Positions 6,240 through 14,779 of a stretch of DNA of 64,000 nt are shown here, one piece after another; within the stretch, counting starts at the first letter, position 1, and every line of letters begins with the position of its first letter. Made by a program: the position numbers and the translations under genes. The notes under the pieces were generated by a model. It was not told the origin of the DNA and made no database searches. It worked only from the letters and a program-made list of their open reading frames with translations. Origin of the DNA: Candidatus Hydrogenedentota bacterium (GTDB lineage: Bacteria; Hydrogenedentota; Hydrogenedentia; Hydrogenedentales; SLHB01); assembly GCA_016215105.1 (NCBI GenBank), contig JACRLJ010000022.1:3407-67406 (forward strand). Reading direction: 5' to 3'.

Positions 6240-9176
6240 ATGTCTACAATTACTCTCGATCCATCCACTTTCGACCACGCCGGCCCGGAGGATATTGTTA
6301 CCGAGGTCAGGCACGAAGAGGCCTTGCTCAAGACCGGGGCCCTGCAAAACGCCATTTTCAACAGCGCCAACTTCTCGAGTATCGCCACCGATGAAAAAGG
6401 CGTCATTCAACTGTTCAACGTCGGGGCCGAGCGCATGCTGGGTTACACGGCCGCCGATGTGGTGAATAAGATCACTCCCGCGGACATCTCCGACCCGCAG
6501 GAAGTCGTGGCACGCGCCAAGGCGTTGAGCTTGGAGCTCGCCACCCCGATCACGCCGGGCTTCGAGGCGTTGGTTTTTAAGGCCTCACGCGGCATCGAAG
6601 ATATTTACGAGCTGACCTACGTCCGCAAAGATGGCAGCCGCTTTCCGGCGGTCGTGTCGGTTACGGCGCTCCGCGACGATCAGGGCGGAATCATCGGCTA
6701 TTTGCTGATCGGCACCGATAACTCCGCGCGCAAGCAGGCGGAAGAGGCGCTGCTGAAGGCAGGCGCCCTGCAGAACGCTATCTTCAATAGCGAGAATTTC
6801 TCGAGCATCGCCACCGACGCGAAAGGCGTAATCCAAATCTTCAACGTCGGCGCCGAGCGGATGCTTGGCTACACAGCGGCCGAAGTGATGAACAAGATCA
6901 CTCCGGCAGACATTTCCGATCCTCAGGAGTTGATAGCGCGCGCCAAGTCGTTGAGCGTCGAGCTCGGAACCCCGATTACGCCGGGGTTCGAGGCGCTGGT
7001 TTTCAAGGCCTCACGCGGCATCGAGGATATTTACGAACTGACCTATATCCGCAAAGACGGAAGCCGATTTCCGGCGGTCGTATCGGTCACGGCGCTGCGC
7101 GACGCCCAGGACGCCATTATCGGCTATCTGCTGATCGGCACCGAACTCAAAGCCGGGGCTCTGCAGAGCGCGATCTTCAACAGCGCCAACTTTTCAAGCA
7201 TCGCCACCGACGCTAAAGGCGTAATCCAGATCTTCAATGTCGGCGCCGAGCGGATGTTGGGCTACACGGCGGCCGAAGTGATGAATAAGATCACCCCGGC
7301 CGACATCTCCGATCCTCAGGAGCTGATCGCGCGCGCTAAGGCATTGAGCATCGAGCTTGCAACGCCAATATCGCCGGGCTTCGAGGCCCTGGTTTTCAAG
7401 GCCTCGCGCGGTATCGAGGACATTTACGAGCTGACCTATATCCGCAAGGATGGTAGCCGCTTCCCAGCTGTCGTGTCGGTCACGGCGCTGCGCGACGCTC
7501 AAGGCGCAATCATCGGCTATCTGCTTATCGGCACCGATAACACCGCGCGCAAGCAGGTCGAGGCGGAGCAGAAACAACTCAGTCAGCGCCTACACGACCA
7601 GCAGTTCTACACGCGCTCGCTGTTCGAATCCAACATTGACGCGCTGATGACCACCGATCCGCTCGGCATCATCACCGACGTCAACAAGCAGATGGAAGCG
7701 CTTACCGGCTGTACGCGCGACGAGTTGATTGGCGCGCCTTTCAAGAACTACTTCACGGATCCCGAGCGGGCCGAGACGAGCATCAAACTGGTGTTAAGCC
7801 AGAAGAAGATCACCAACTACGAGCTTACCACGCGCGCCAGGGATGGCAAGGAAACCGTGGTGTCCTATAACGCTACGACATTCTACGACCGGGACAGAAG
7901 ACTGCAGGGCGTGTTCGCCGCGGCGCGCGACGTTACCGAGCTCAAGCGCTTTGAACAAACACTGCAGCAGACGAACGCCGAACTCGAGAGCGCAACCTCC
8001 GTGGCGGAAAAGGCGAACCTCGCGAAATCGGATTTCCTTTCCAGCATGAGCCACGAACTGCGTAGCCCGCTCAACGCCATTCTTGGTTTTGCCCAGTTGA
8101 TGGAATCCGACTCCCCACCGCCAACGGCTGGTCAGAAGGAAAGCATAGCCCAAATTCTCCAGGCGGGATGGCATCTGCTGAAATTGATCAACGAGATTCT
8201 CGACCTTGCGCAAATCGAGTCCAGAAAGGCGCCGCTCTCACAGGAACCGGTGTCGCTGGCCGAGGTCATGCTCGAATGCCAGGGCATGTTCGAGCCACTA
8301 GCGCAACGGCATGGCATCCGCGTGTCCTTTCCTCAGTTCGATGCTCCGTGTTTCGTTCACGCGGATCGGACTCGGGTGAAGCAGGTTCTCATTAACCTGC
8401 TTTCCAACGCGATCAAATACAACTGCGAGCAGGGGACTGTCGAGGTGCAATGCGCCATGAGCGCCCCGGGACGCATTCGTGTCAGCATCAAAGACACCGG
8501 CGCGGGACTGTCCGCGGAACAGTTGGCGCAGCTATTCCAGCCGTTCAACCGGCTCGGACAAGAAGCCGGCGGCGAAGAAGGTACGGGCATCGGCCTCGTG
8601 GTCGCCAAGAAGCTCATTGAACTGATGGAGGGTGTAATTGGCGTGGAAAGCTCCGTCGGGGCGGGAAGTGTGTTCTGGTTCGAACTCAACGCGACCAATG
8701 CGCCAGAATTGTCCCTTGAAGGAAATGAACCCCTGGCGTCGGCCGAATCACATGTTCAGACCGGCGCGCGCCTCCGCACTGTGCTCTGTATAGAGGATAA
8801 CCCGGCTAACCTGGAATTGATTGGGCAACTCGTCGCGCGTCGCCTCGATATTACCCTGCTGTCCGCGGTCAACGGGAATAGCGGTATCGAACTTGCCCGC
8901 GCCTCGCAGCCGGAAGTGATTCTTATGGACATCAATTTGCCTGATATCAGCGGCTTCGAAGCGTTGAATCTCCTGCGCGACGACCCGGCGACGGCGCGCA
9001 TTCCCGTCGTTGCTATCAGCGCAAATGCAATGCCACGCGACATTGAGAACGGAATGAAGGCTGGATTCTTCCGGTATCTCACAAAACCGATTAGGGTCAA
9101 TGAGTTCATGGGCACATTGAATGACGCTTTAGCACTCGCGGAAACGGTCGCCAAAGACGTTACTGGGGACCAATAG
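6240..9176 (+). CDS. Hybrid sensor histidine kinase (4 PAS, HisKA, HATPase_c, receiver)
   Basis: H-box FLSSMSHELRSPLN; N/G boxes LLSNAIKYN and DTGAGL...GTGIGL; C-terminal receiver VLCIEDNPANL...ILMDINLPDISGF...LTKP. Confidence 0.95.
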   Translation: MSTITLDPSTFDHAGPEDIVTEVRHEEALLKTGALQNAIFNSANFSSIATDEKGVIQLFNVGAERMLGYTAADVVNKITPADISDPQEVVARAKALSLELATPITPGFEALVFKASRGIEDIYELTYVRKDGSRFPAVVSVTALRDDQGGIIGYLLIGTDNSARKQAEEALLKAGALQNAIFNSENFSSIATDAKGVIQIFNVGAERMLGYTAAEVMNKITPADISDPQELIARAKSLSVELGTPITPGFEALVFKASRGIEDIYELTYIRKDGSRFPAVVSVTALRDAQDAIIGYLLIGTELKAGALQSAIFNSANFSSIATDAKGVIQIFNVGAERMLGYTAAEVMNKITPADISDPQELIARAKALSIELATPISPGFEALVFKASRGIEDIYELTYIRKDGSRFPAVVSVTALRDAQGAIIGYLLIGTDNTARKQVEAEQKQLSQRLHDQQFYTRSLFESNIDALMTTDPLGIITDVNKQMEALTGCTRDELIGAPFKNYFTDPERAETSIKLVLSQKKITNYELTTRARDGKETVVSYNATTFYDRDRRLQGVFAAARDVTELKRFEQTLQQTNAELESATSVAEKANLAKSDFLSSMSHELRSPLNAILGFAQLMESDSPPPTAGQKESIAQILQAGWHLLKLINEILDLAQIESRKAPLSQEPVSLAEVMLECQGMFEPLAQRHGIRVSFPQFDAPCFVHADRTRVKQVLINLLSNAIKYNCEQGTVEVQCAMSAPGRIRVSIKDTGAGLSAEQLAQLFQPFNRLGQEAGGEEGTGIGLVVAKKLIELMEGVIGVESSVGAGSVFWFELNATNAPELSLEGNEPLASAESHVQTGARLRTVLCIEDNPANLELIGQLVARRLDITLLSAVNGNSGIELARASQPEVILMDINLPDISGFEALNLLRDDPATARIPVVAISANAMPRDIENGMKAGFFRYLTKPIRVNEFMGTLNDALALAETVAKDVTGDQ
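6324..7559 (+). repeat. Three tandem near-identical PAS-encoding units inside the kinase gene
   Basis: Units cover roughly 6324..6749, 6750..7145 and 7146..7559. The protein blocks LLK(T/A)GALQ(N/S)AIFNS.NFSSIATD.KGVIQ(L/I)FNVGAERMLGYTAA.V.NKITPADISDPQE... are almost identical. The unit 2/3 junction lacks the ~10-aa linker DNSARKQAEEAL. Confidence 0.9.
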
Positions 9177-9177
9177 C

Positions 9178-10134
9178 ATGGTGACCGCAATCGACATTCT
9201 CAACGCCAAAATCCTGCTTGTGGATGATCTGGAAGCCAATGTCCGGCTTCTCGAGCGTACGCTGCGTGGCGCCGGCTACGTCTCGGTCGCTTCCACAATG
9301 AATCCACGTGAAGTCTGCGAACTCCACCGAAAGAACCGTTACGACTTGATAATGCTCGATCTACAGATGCCTGGCATGGATGGATTCGAGGTGATGGCGG
9401 GCCTTAAAGAGATCGAGGCCGGCGGCTATCTTCCGGTTCTCGTGGTCACGGTAAATCCGGGTCACAAGCTGCACGCTCTGCAAGCCGGCGCAAAGGATTT
9501 TGTCAGCAAGCCGCTTGAGTTGGTCGAGGTCCAGGCGCGCGTTTACAACATGCTCGAAGTGCGGCTCCTCCACCAGGAAGCGCGCAATTACAGTAAGGCG
9601 CTGGAATCCTTGGCGCTGCATGACCCGCTTACAGGGCTTGCGAATAGACGACTTCTGGTCGAGAAGGCGTCGCTGGCCATTGCCCATGCGCGAAGAAATA
9701 AGAGCAGCATGGCGGTAGTGTATGTGGATTTAGATGGATTCAAGTCGATCAACGACACTTGGGGCCACGACGCTGGGGATATTCTGCTGAAAATGACGGC
9801 AGAACGCCTTGTGGCCGCCGTGCGTCAAGAGGACACCGTGTCACGCCTGGGCGGTGATGAGTTCGTGATAGCTCTGTGGCAAATTCGGAATGCCGACGAC
9901 GCAGCCAGGGTGGGGTCCAAATTGATGGAGGCGATGTTGCCGCCCTTTAGCATCCAAGGGCGCGTGGTAGACATTACCGCGAGCGCAGGCCTCGGCATCT
10001 ACCCTGCCCACGGCGAGGACGTGGAGACGCTAATGAAGAGCGCGGATCTGGCCTTGTACGATGCGAAGCGCGCGGGCAAGAACGCCTATCAGGTCTCCGA
10101 ACGCACGAACCTATCCGCTACAGTGAGCTGTTGA
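9178..10134 (+). CDS. Response regulator with GGDEF diguanylate cyclase output
   Basis: Receiver (LLVDDLEANV...IMLDLQMPGMDGF...FVSKP). GGDEF motif RLGGDEFVIAL, with an RQED I-site-like RxxD five residues upstream. Confidence 0.95.
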   Translation: MVTAIDILNAKILLVDDLEANVRLLERTLRGAGYVSVASTMNPREVCELHRKNRYDLIMLDLQMPGMDGFEVMAGLKEIEAGGYLPVLVVTVNPGHKLHALQAGAKDFVSKPLELVEVQARVYNMLEVRLLHQEARNYSKALESLALHDPLTGLANRRLLVEKASLAIAHARRNKSSMAVVYVDLDGFKSINDTWGHDAGDILLKMTAERLVAAVRQEDTVSRLGGDEFVIALWQIRNADDAARVGSKLMEAMLPPFSIQGRVVDITASAGLGIYPAHGEDVETLMKSADLALYDAKRAGKNAYQVSERTNLSATVSC

Positions 10135-10226
10135 CATGACCGATCCCGATCTAGCGGGCCATGAATTGTACGCCGGGATCTACAAAAGAAGGTGGAAGCC
10201 TGAGTTCATGACGCAGGGCCAGTTTC

Positions 10227-11417
10227 ATGGTTGATTCATCCGGCATTCACAACGCCAAAATCCTGATCGTTGATGATCTGGAAGCCAACGTCCGCCTGCT
10301 CGAGCGCACGCTACGCGGGGCCGGCTATGCTTCCGTCGTGTCCACGATGGACCCGTACGAGGTCTGTGAGCTCCACCGAAAGAACTGCTACGACTTAATC
10401 CTGCTGGATCTGCAGATGCCAGGCATGGATGGATTTCAGGTAATGGAAGGCCTCAAAGAAATTGAGACCGGTGGCTATCTCCCTGTTCTCGTGGTCACGG
10501 CTCAGCCGGGTCACAAGCTGCGCGCGCTGCAAGCCGGCGCGAAGGATTTCGTCAGCAAACCGTTTGATCTGGTCGAGGTCCAGGCGCGCGTCTACAACAT
10601 GCTCGAAGTGCGCCTGTTGCACACGGAAACGAAGAACCACGCCAAAGTGCTGGAGCAGACGCTGCGGGAGGTTGAGGAAAGCCGTGAGCTGATCCGCCTC
10701 CAGAACTGCGAGCTCAAGGGCCTCTACGATGACATCGTAATTGAGCAGAAGCTGTCAGAGAGACTCCTGCTCAACGTACTGCCCCGCGCTATTGCCGAGC
10801 GCCTGAAAGGGCGCCGCGAGGACATTGGTGACAGCTTTCCGGAGATTATTGCGGATAGCTTTCCGGAGGTGACCGTATTGTTCGCCGATATCGTTGGGTT
10901 TACGAAGTTTTCCACCGGTGTAAGTCCTGAGCGGCTCGTAGTTCTCCTTAATGAGATTTTCTCTGATTTTGACACCATCGCGGATACCCGTGGCCTCGAA
11001 AAAATAAAGAGTATTGGCGATGCCTACATGGCCGCCGCTGGACTGCCCGCACCCGTGGACGATCACGCGGCGCGGGCTGCACACATGGCGCTGGATATGC
11101 TTGACGCGCTGGACTGCTTTAATAAGCGTAGCGGCTACCGGTTACAAATTCGCATCGGCATCAACAGTGGCGCGGTGGTGGCGGGCGTCATTGGCAAACG
11201 GAAGTTCATATACGACTTGTGGGGCGCTACGGTGAACACCGCCAGCCGAATGGAATCCCATGGCGTTGCAGGACGTGTGCAAATCTCTCAGGCCACCCGG
11301 TCGCGCCTCGGCGACCCCTTCCTGTTCGAGGATCGTGGCGCCATCGACGTCAAGGATATCGGCGAACTCCGAACTTGGTTCCTGACCGGCAGGGCGCAAC
11401 GCGCCGTGGCCATGTGA
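10227..11417 (+). CDS. Response regulator with class III adenylate/guanylate cyclase output
   Basis: The receiver is nearly identical to that of 9178..10134. Cyclase motifs: VTVLFADIVGFT, KSIGDAYMAAAG, IRIGINSGAVVAGVIG, YDLWGATVNTASRMES. Confidence 0.95.
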   Translation: MVDSSGIHNAKILIVDDLEANVRLLERTLRGAGYASVVSTMDPYEVCELHRKNCYDLILLDLQMPGMDGFQVMEGLKEIETGGYLPVLVVTAQPGHKLRALQAGAKDFVSKPFDLVEVQARVYNMLEVRLLHTETKNHAKVLEQTLREVEESRELIRLQNCELKGLYDDIVIEQKLSERLLLNVLPRAIAERLKGRREDIGDSFPEIIADSFPEVTVLFADIVGFTKFSTGVSPERLVVLLNEIFSDFDTIADTRGLEKIKSIGDAYMAAAGLPAPVDDHAARAAHMALDMLDALDCFNKRSGYRLQIRIGINSGAVVAGVIGKRKFIYDLWGATVNTASRMESHGVAGRVQISQATRSRLGDPFLFEDRGAIDVKDIGELRTWFLTGRAQRAVAM

Positions 11418-11427
11418 GGTAATTTCC

Positions 11428-11706
11428 ATGAAGCAAGCGACACAAGTGGAATCGTTCGAACGCGCCCTACTCGCGCACGTGGAGGTGTGCTATTCAGTTG
11501 CGCTTGCGCTTACCCGCGATCCCTACGACGCGCGAGACCTAACACGAGACGTAGTCACATGGGCGTGGAATCGCCGGAAGAGTGCGGACGGCAATACTGG
11601 CATCAAGAGGAAGCTTCTTACGGCATTGCGCGCGAGATTCCTTCAAGACTACCGGCGCCGCGCGTTTGGTCTTGGGAACCAAGCGCCCTTTGCTGAAAGG
11701 AGTTGA
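11428..11706 (+). CDS. Sigma-70 region-2-like protein lacking region 4 (92 aa)
   Basis: CYSVALALTRDPYDARDLTRDVVTWAWNRRKS...KRKLLTALRARFLQDYRRR resembles ECF sigma region 2.1-2.4. The ORF ends before any region 4. Confidence 0.45.
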   Translation: MKQATQVESFERALLAHVEVCYSVALALTRDPYDARDLTRDVVTWAWNRRKSADGNTGIKRKLLTALRARFLQDYRRRAFGLGNQAPFAERS

Positions 11707-11707
11707 C

Positions 11708-12046
11708 GTGTATTGTCCGAGTTGTAGAACGGAGTACCGAGAAGGCTTCACCCGATGTTCAGACTGCGGCGTGGAGCTTGTAAATGACCTGCCATTGGAG
11801 CAGGAACCCGAATACGTGGACTTGGTAACCATTTACAAGGGCAACTCGAACAGCGCAGCGGTGACCAGCGCTAGATTGACCAGCCTCGGAATCGAGTCGT
11901 GGATCAAAGATGAGGGGATCCAATGTGTTTTCCCTAACTTGGGACCTGCCGAGGTCCAAGTGTGCATGCAGGACAAAGAGTTGACGCTGCAAGCTCTCGG
12001 AACGACAACTACGGGCGCGGAGTCGCTCGACGAGGAAACGGTGTGA
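11708..12046 (+). CDS. Zinc-ribbon plus DUF2007-like small protein
   Basis: GTG start one nt after the previous stop. VYCPSCRTEYREGFTRCSDCGVEL is followed by LVTIYKGNSNSAAVTSARLTSLGIESWI (the putative signal-transducing fold pattern). Confidence 0.5.
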   Translation: MYCPSCRTEYREGFTRCSDCGVELVNDLPLEQEPEYVDLVTIYKGNSNSAAVTSARLTSLGIESWIKDEGIQCVFPNLGPAEVQVCMQDKELTLQALGTTTTGAESLDEETV

Positions 12047-12067
12047 ACGGCCCCTTAAGAGGCGGGC

Positions 12068-12331
12068 ATGAAGGATAGAACGCAAAGGAAGCTACACGAG
12101 GTGGTGTATATGACGAAGCAATGTTGTGTGTGCAAGAAAGTGAACACCGGCGCCACGTGGATTACCGTAGCCTATCCGGAATCGGCGGCCGCTCACGCCA
12201 GCCACGGGTACTGCCCCACCTGCGCCGCGGTAGCGTTTGCGGAAGTCGAGCAGTTCGCCGCCGAGCGGGATATCCTTCGAACGGTTGTTTCGCAGGCTAG
12301 TCCGTCACGGGAGCTTTGGCCTTCCACTTAG
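12068..12331 (+). CDS. Small Cys-motif protein (CCVCKK ... SHGYCPTC)
   Basis: An alternative start at 12110 has RBS GAGGTGG. The motif C.VCKK...W......SHG.CP.C resembles a recurrent, unnamed zinc-binding module seen at the ends of signalling proteins. Confidence 0.45.
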   Translation: MKDRTQRKLHEVVYMTKQCCVCKKVNTGATWITVAYPESAAAHASHGYCPTCAAVAFAEVEQFAAERDILRTVVSQASPSRELWPST

Positions 12332-12361
12332 TGTGAGGGGCTGGAGAAAGGGCTGAATCAG

Positions 12362-12571
12362 ATGCATTACTATGCTCATTTGGATCGGAGCGCCTCGGAA
12401 GCAACCGGACCAGACGCAACCTTTCAGGTTATCTCCATCGAGGACGACGACGACAACAACTACACGGAGTCCATTGGGCTCGATCAAAGCGTATATTTTC
12501 ATTCCTTGGAAGAATTCGAAAACGAAATAGAGCGTCTAATCGGTGAACCCGCGGAATCTGACGAAGCATGA
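12362..12571 (+). CDS. Acidic 69-aa hypothetical protein
   Basis: ORF only. Asp/Glu-rich; no recognisable family. Confidence 0.3.
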   Translation: MHYYAHLDRSASEATGPDATFQVISIEDDDDNNYTESIGLDQSVYFHSLEEFENEIERLIGEPAESDEA

Positions 12572-12720
12572 TTACCCCCGCGGCGCCTTCCAGAGACGCA
12601 TTTCAGGGTGGCGCGAATGACCCGTCAAGCGAAAGCGAAGGACGACAGAAGCAACGTCCATTCATTCTCGGTGATTGCGCGTTGCCGCAAGTGGCCAGCT
12701 ACTCACGCAACAAGGTGCGT

Positions 12721-13152
12721 CTATGCTGAGTCGAGGACTGCGGAAACAAGCCTATCGACGTTTCGTAACATTTCGCTTCGAACATACGCGGGCGCATGCA
12801 ATAGAGGGAGCGCATCTTCCACGACGCTCGACTCGGTGTCAAGTGCATCGTTCAGCGTATCGGCCCTGAATCGGTAGCAGATTCGCCACGATCCATCCAC
12901 CTCTGTGTATCCCAGTTCGTAGCTATAGCGTGCGATCTCGCCCGTCACCGATGCGGAGTAATCAACACCGAACCGGCCCCACCATACTGTCCTGACGAGT
13001 TCAGCCTTCCACAATTCTCGCTCAACGGAAGCGAGGTAGGCTTGTGCGTTCTGATCGTCTATCACCTTTTCCACCGCTTGGATTGCTTTGGCTCTAGGAA
13101 CATACGCGGCTGTTGTCCTCTGAACGATTCGTGATTGGACACTTGTTGTCAT
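12721..13152 (-). CDS. Hypothetical protein (143 aa)
   Basis: Internal ATG at 13152 with RBS GAGGTGA, 16 nt after the J-domain gene stop. No family recognised. Confidence 0.45.
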   Translation of the reverse strand: MTTSVQSRIVQRTTAAYVPRAKAIQAVEKVIDDQNAQAYLASVERELWKAELVRTVWWGRFGVDYSASVTGEIARYSYELGYTEVDGSWRICYRFRADTLNDALDTESSVVEDALPLLHAPAYVRSEMLRNVDRLVSAVLDSA

Positions 13153-13168
13153 GGCATTCACCTCACAG

Positions 13169-13330
13169 TTAGGCCTGGGTCTGGCTATCCTCGGAACCTT
13201 TGTGTCCGCCCGTCTTATCTGGGTGGTGCTTCCGAGCGAGCGCGAGCCACGCCTTTCGCAGGTCACCCTGCGAAGCGTCCTTCGGCACGCCGAGGACATC
13301 GTAGAAGGTTTTTGCTCCGTTTAGCGGCAT
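13169..13330 (-). CDS. Minimal J-domain protein (53 aa)
   Basis: MPLNGAKTFYDVLGVPKDASQGDLRKAWLALARKHHPDKTGG contains the DnaJ helix I-II pattern and the HPD tripeptide. Confidence 0.6.
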   Translation of the reverse strand: MPLNGAKTFYDVLGVPKDASQGDLRKAWLALARKHHPDKTGGHKGSEDSQTQA

Positions 13331-13473
13331 GGCCCGCGACACCTTAAGACCAGCTGGCCCGGCGCCACATGGAGACGAACCAGCCATCAATTCGTTGCCG
13401 TTTCTCGAACAGCCATTGCACTAGTTCTTCTTGCTATCACGCTCGGCGGTGGTATGCATCGCCCGGCGGATTG

Positions 13474-13722
13474 TTACCTCGTGCCGCCGCCTTGTTGGTT
13501 CTGCTCTCCGATGAGCGCGCCGCCCAAGGCTCCTGCGGCGCCACCAATGAGGGCGCCTTCGCCGGCATGATGGGATTGATTACCGATGATGGCGCCGGCG
13601 CCCGCTCCTAACACGCCACCTTGCAGAGCGCCGTTCTGAGCCGGTGTAGTTTCACAACCCACAACGCCAACAAGCGTCGCCAATGCTATCGCGACTGCCG
13701 CAAACTTCATTCTCATTTTCAT
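13474..13722 (-). CDS. Glycine-zipper outer-membrane lipoprotein (17-kDa antigen/SlyB-like)
   Basis: MKMRMKFAAVAIALATLVGVVGC lipobox, then GGVLGAGAGAIIGN...GALIGGAAGALGGALIG. RBS GAGGAG. Confidence 0.75.
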   Translation of the reverse strand: MKMRMKFAAVAIALATLVGVVGCETTPAQNGALQGGVLGAGAGAIIGNQSHHAGEGALIGGAAGALGGALIGEQNQQGGGTR

Positions 13723-13956
13723 CTCTATCTCCTCGGAGTATCTACTCCATTTCTTTGACTGCCAGAATCGGCTTGGGGCGCCAAAATAGTCACCCCGAGC
13801 ACCCATGACTCCTCCCGCAGTGTTGAGGACGGCCAGGGATGCCCGGGGTGCGTCTTATAGCATCTCGTCTTCGCGGTCGTCGGTCGGTCGAACCGATTCC
13901 TTCTTTTATGAGCACTTTCGATTCACGAGAAGCGAAGGTAGAAGGAATCGCGCAGA

Positions 13957-14430
13957 CTACTTGGCGTCATGTCTATCGCTGTCTTCACGCCCATCGTTGT
14001 CTTGGCGCCGGTCATTGTCCTCGCGGCGCTGGTCGTTGCCGTCGTGCCAATGGTCGTTACCGTCGTGCCGCGCTCGCGCTTCGCGTCTGGCTGCTTCCTC
14101 GAGCCGTGCCCTTTCCTCGATTCGGGCTCGTTCTGCAAGCCGGGCGGCCTCCTCACGATGGGCTCGCGCTTCGCGCCGGGCCATTTCCTCGCGCCGGGCC
14201 ATTTCTTCGCGCATGGCTCTCTCTTCGCGCCTGGCGTTGTCGTACCGTGAGCGGTCGTGCTCTGGGAAAACAATGGTGACCCCGTCGCTCGCCACAGGGG
14301 GGTCGTGCCAGACATGAGACCGTTGTTCAGATGGGTAGCTCGCACATCCCGCCAAGACAAGCGCTGATGCAGCCACCCCCGATGCGCCAATTCCGAGTCT
14401 GAGTAGGTTTCGCATGCGCATATCGTTCAT
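13957..14430 (-). CDS. Lipoprotein with Arg/Glu-rich repeats
   Basis: MNDMRMRNLLRLGIGASGVAASALVLAGC lipobox. Repeats: REEMARREEMARREARAHREEAARLAERARIEERARLEEAARREARA. Confidence 0.55.
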   Translation of the reverse strand: MNDMRMRNLLRLGIGASGVAASALVLAGCASYPSEQRSHVWHDPPVASDGVTIVFPEHDRSRYDNARREERAMREEMARREEMARREARAHREEAARLAERARIEERARLEEAARREARARHDGNDHWHDGNDQRREDNDRRQDNDGREDSDRHDAK

Positions 14431-14623
14431 CCTTTCTTCCGTCACCAGGAGTCCGCTGTTCGAGAATGTCGTGGCCGCATTCTTCCGCAGCTTCATATCA
14501 CAACAGTACCTGTCCGAGGTGAAGTTCTGGCAAACGGCGGGTGAAGCTTTGCTACTGGCCTTACAGCGCGTGTGCCCGGTGAGAGAAGCAGGCAAAGTCG
14601 TGGTCGTGCATGCACTTGGAGGG

Positions 14624-14667
14624 GTTTACCAGAAATTTACGCGCTCTTTACCCCCGGATTACGCTCA
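14624..14667 (+). promoter_or_regulatory. Phased 11-bp direct-repeat array (4 units) upstream of radical SAM gene
   Basis: Units at 14624, 14635, 14646, 14657: GTTTAC, ATTTAC, CTTTAC, GATTAC. -10-like TAAATG at 14674..14679. Confidence 0.65.
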
Positions 14668-14779
14668 ACGGGCTAAATGATCGTAAGGTGGCCGCGCCAC
14701 CGGAGAAGAGGGGGCGAGTTATACGGCCTCGCGCGTGTGTAATGGATGTCTTGAATGGCATTTTCAGGGAGACAAACCC

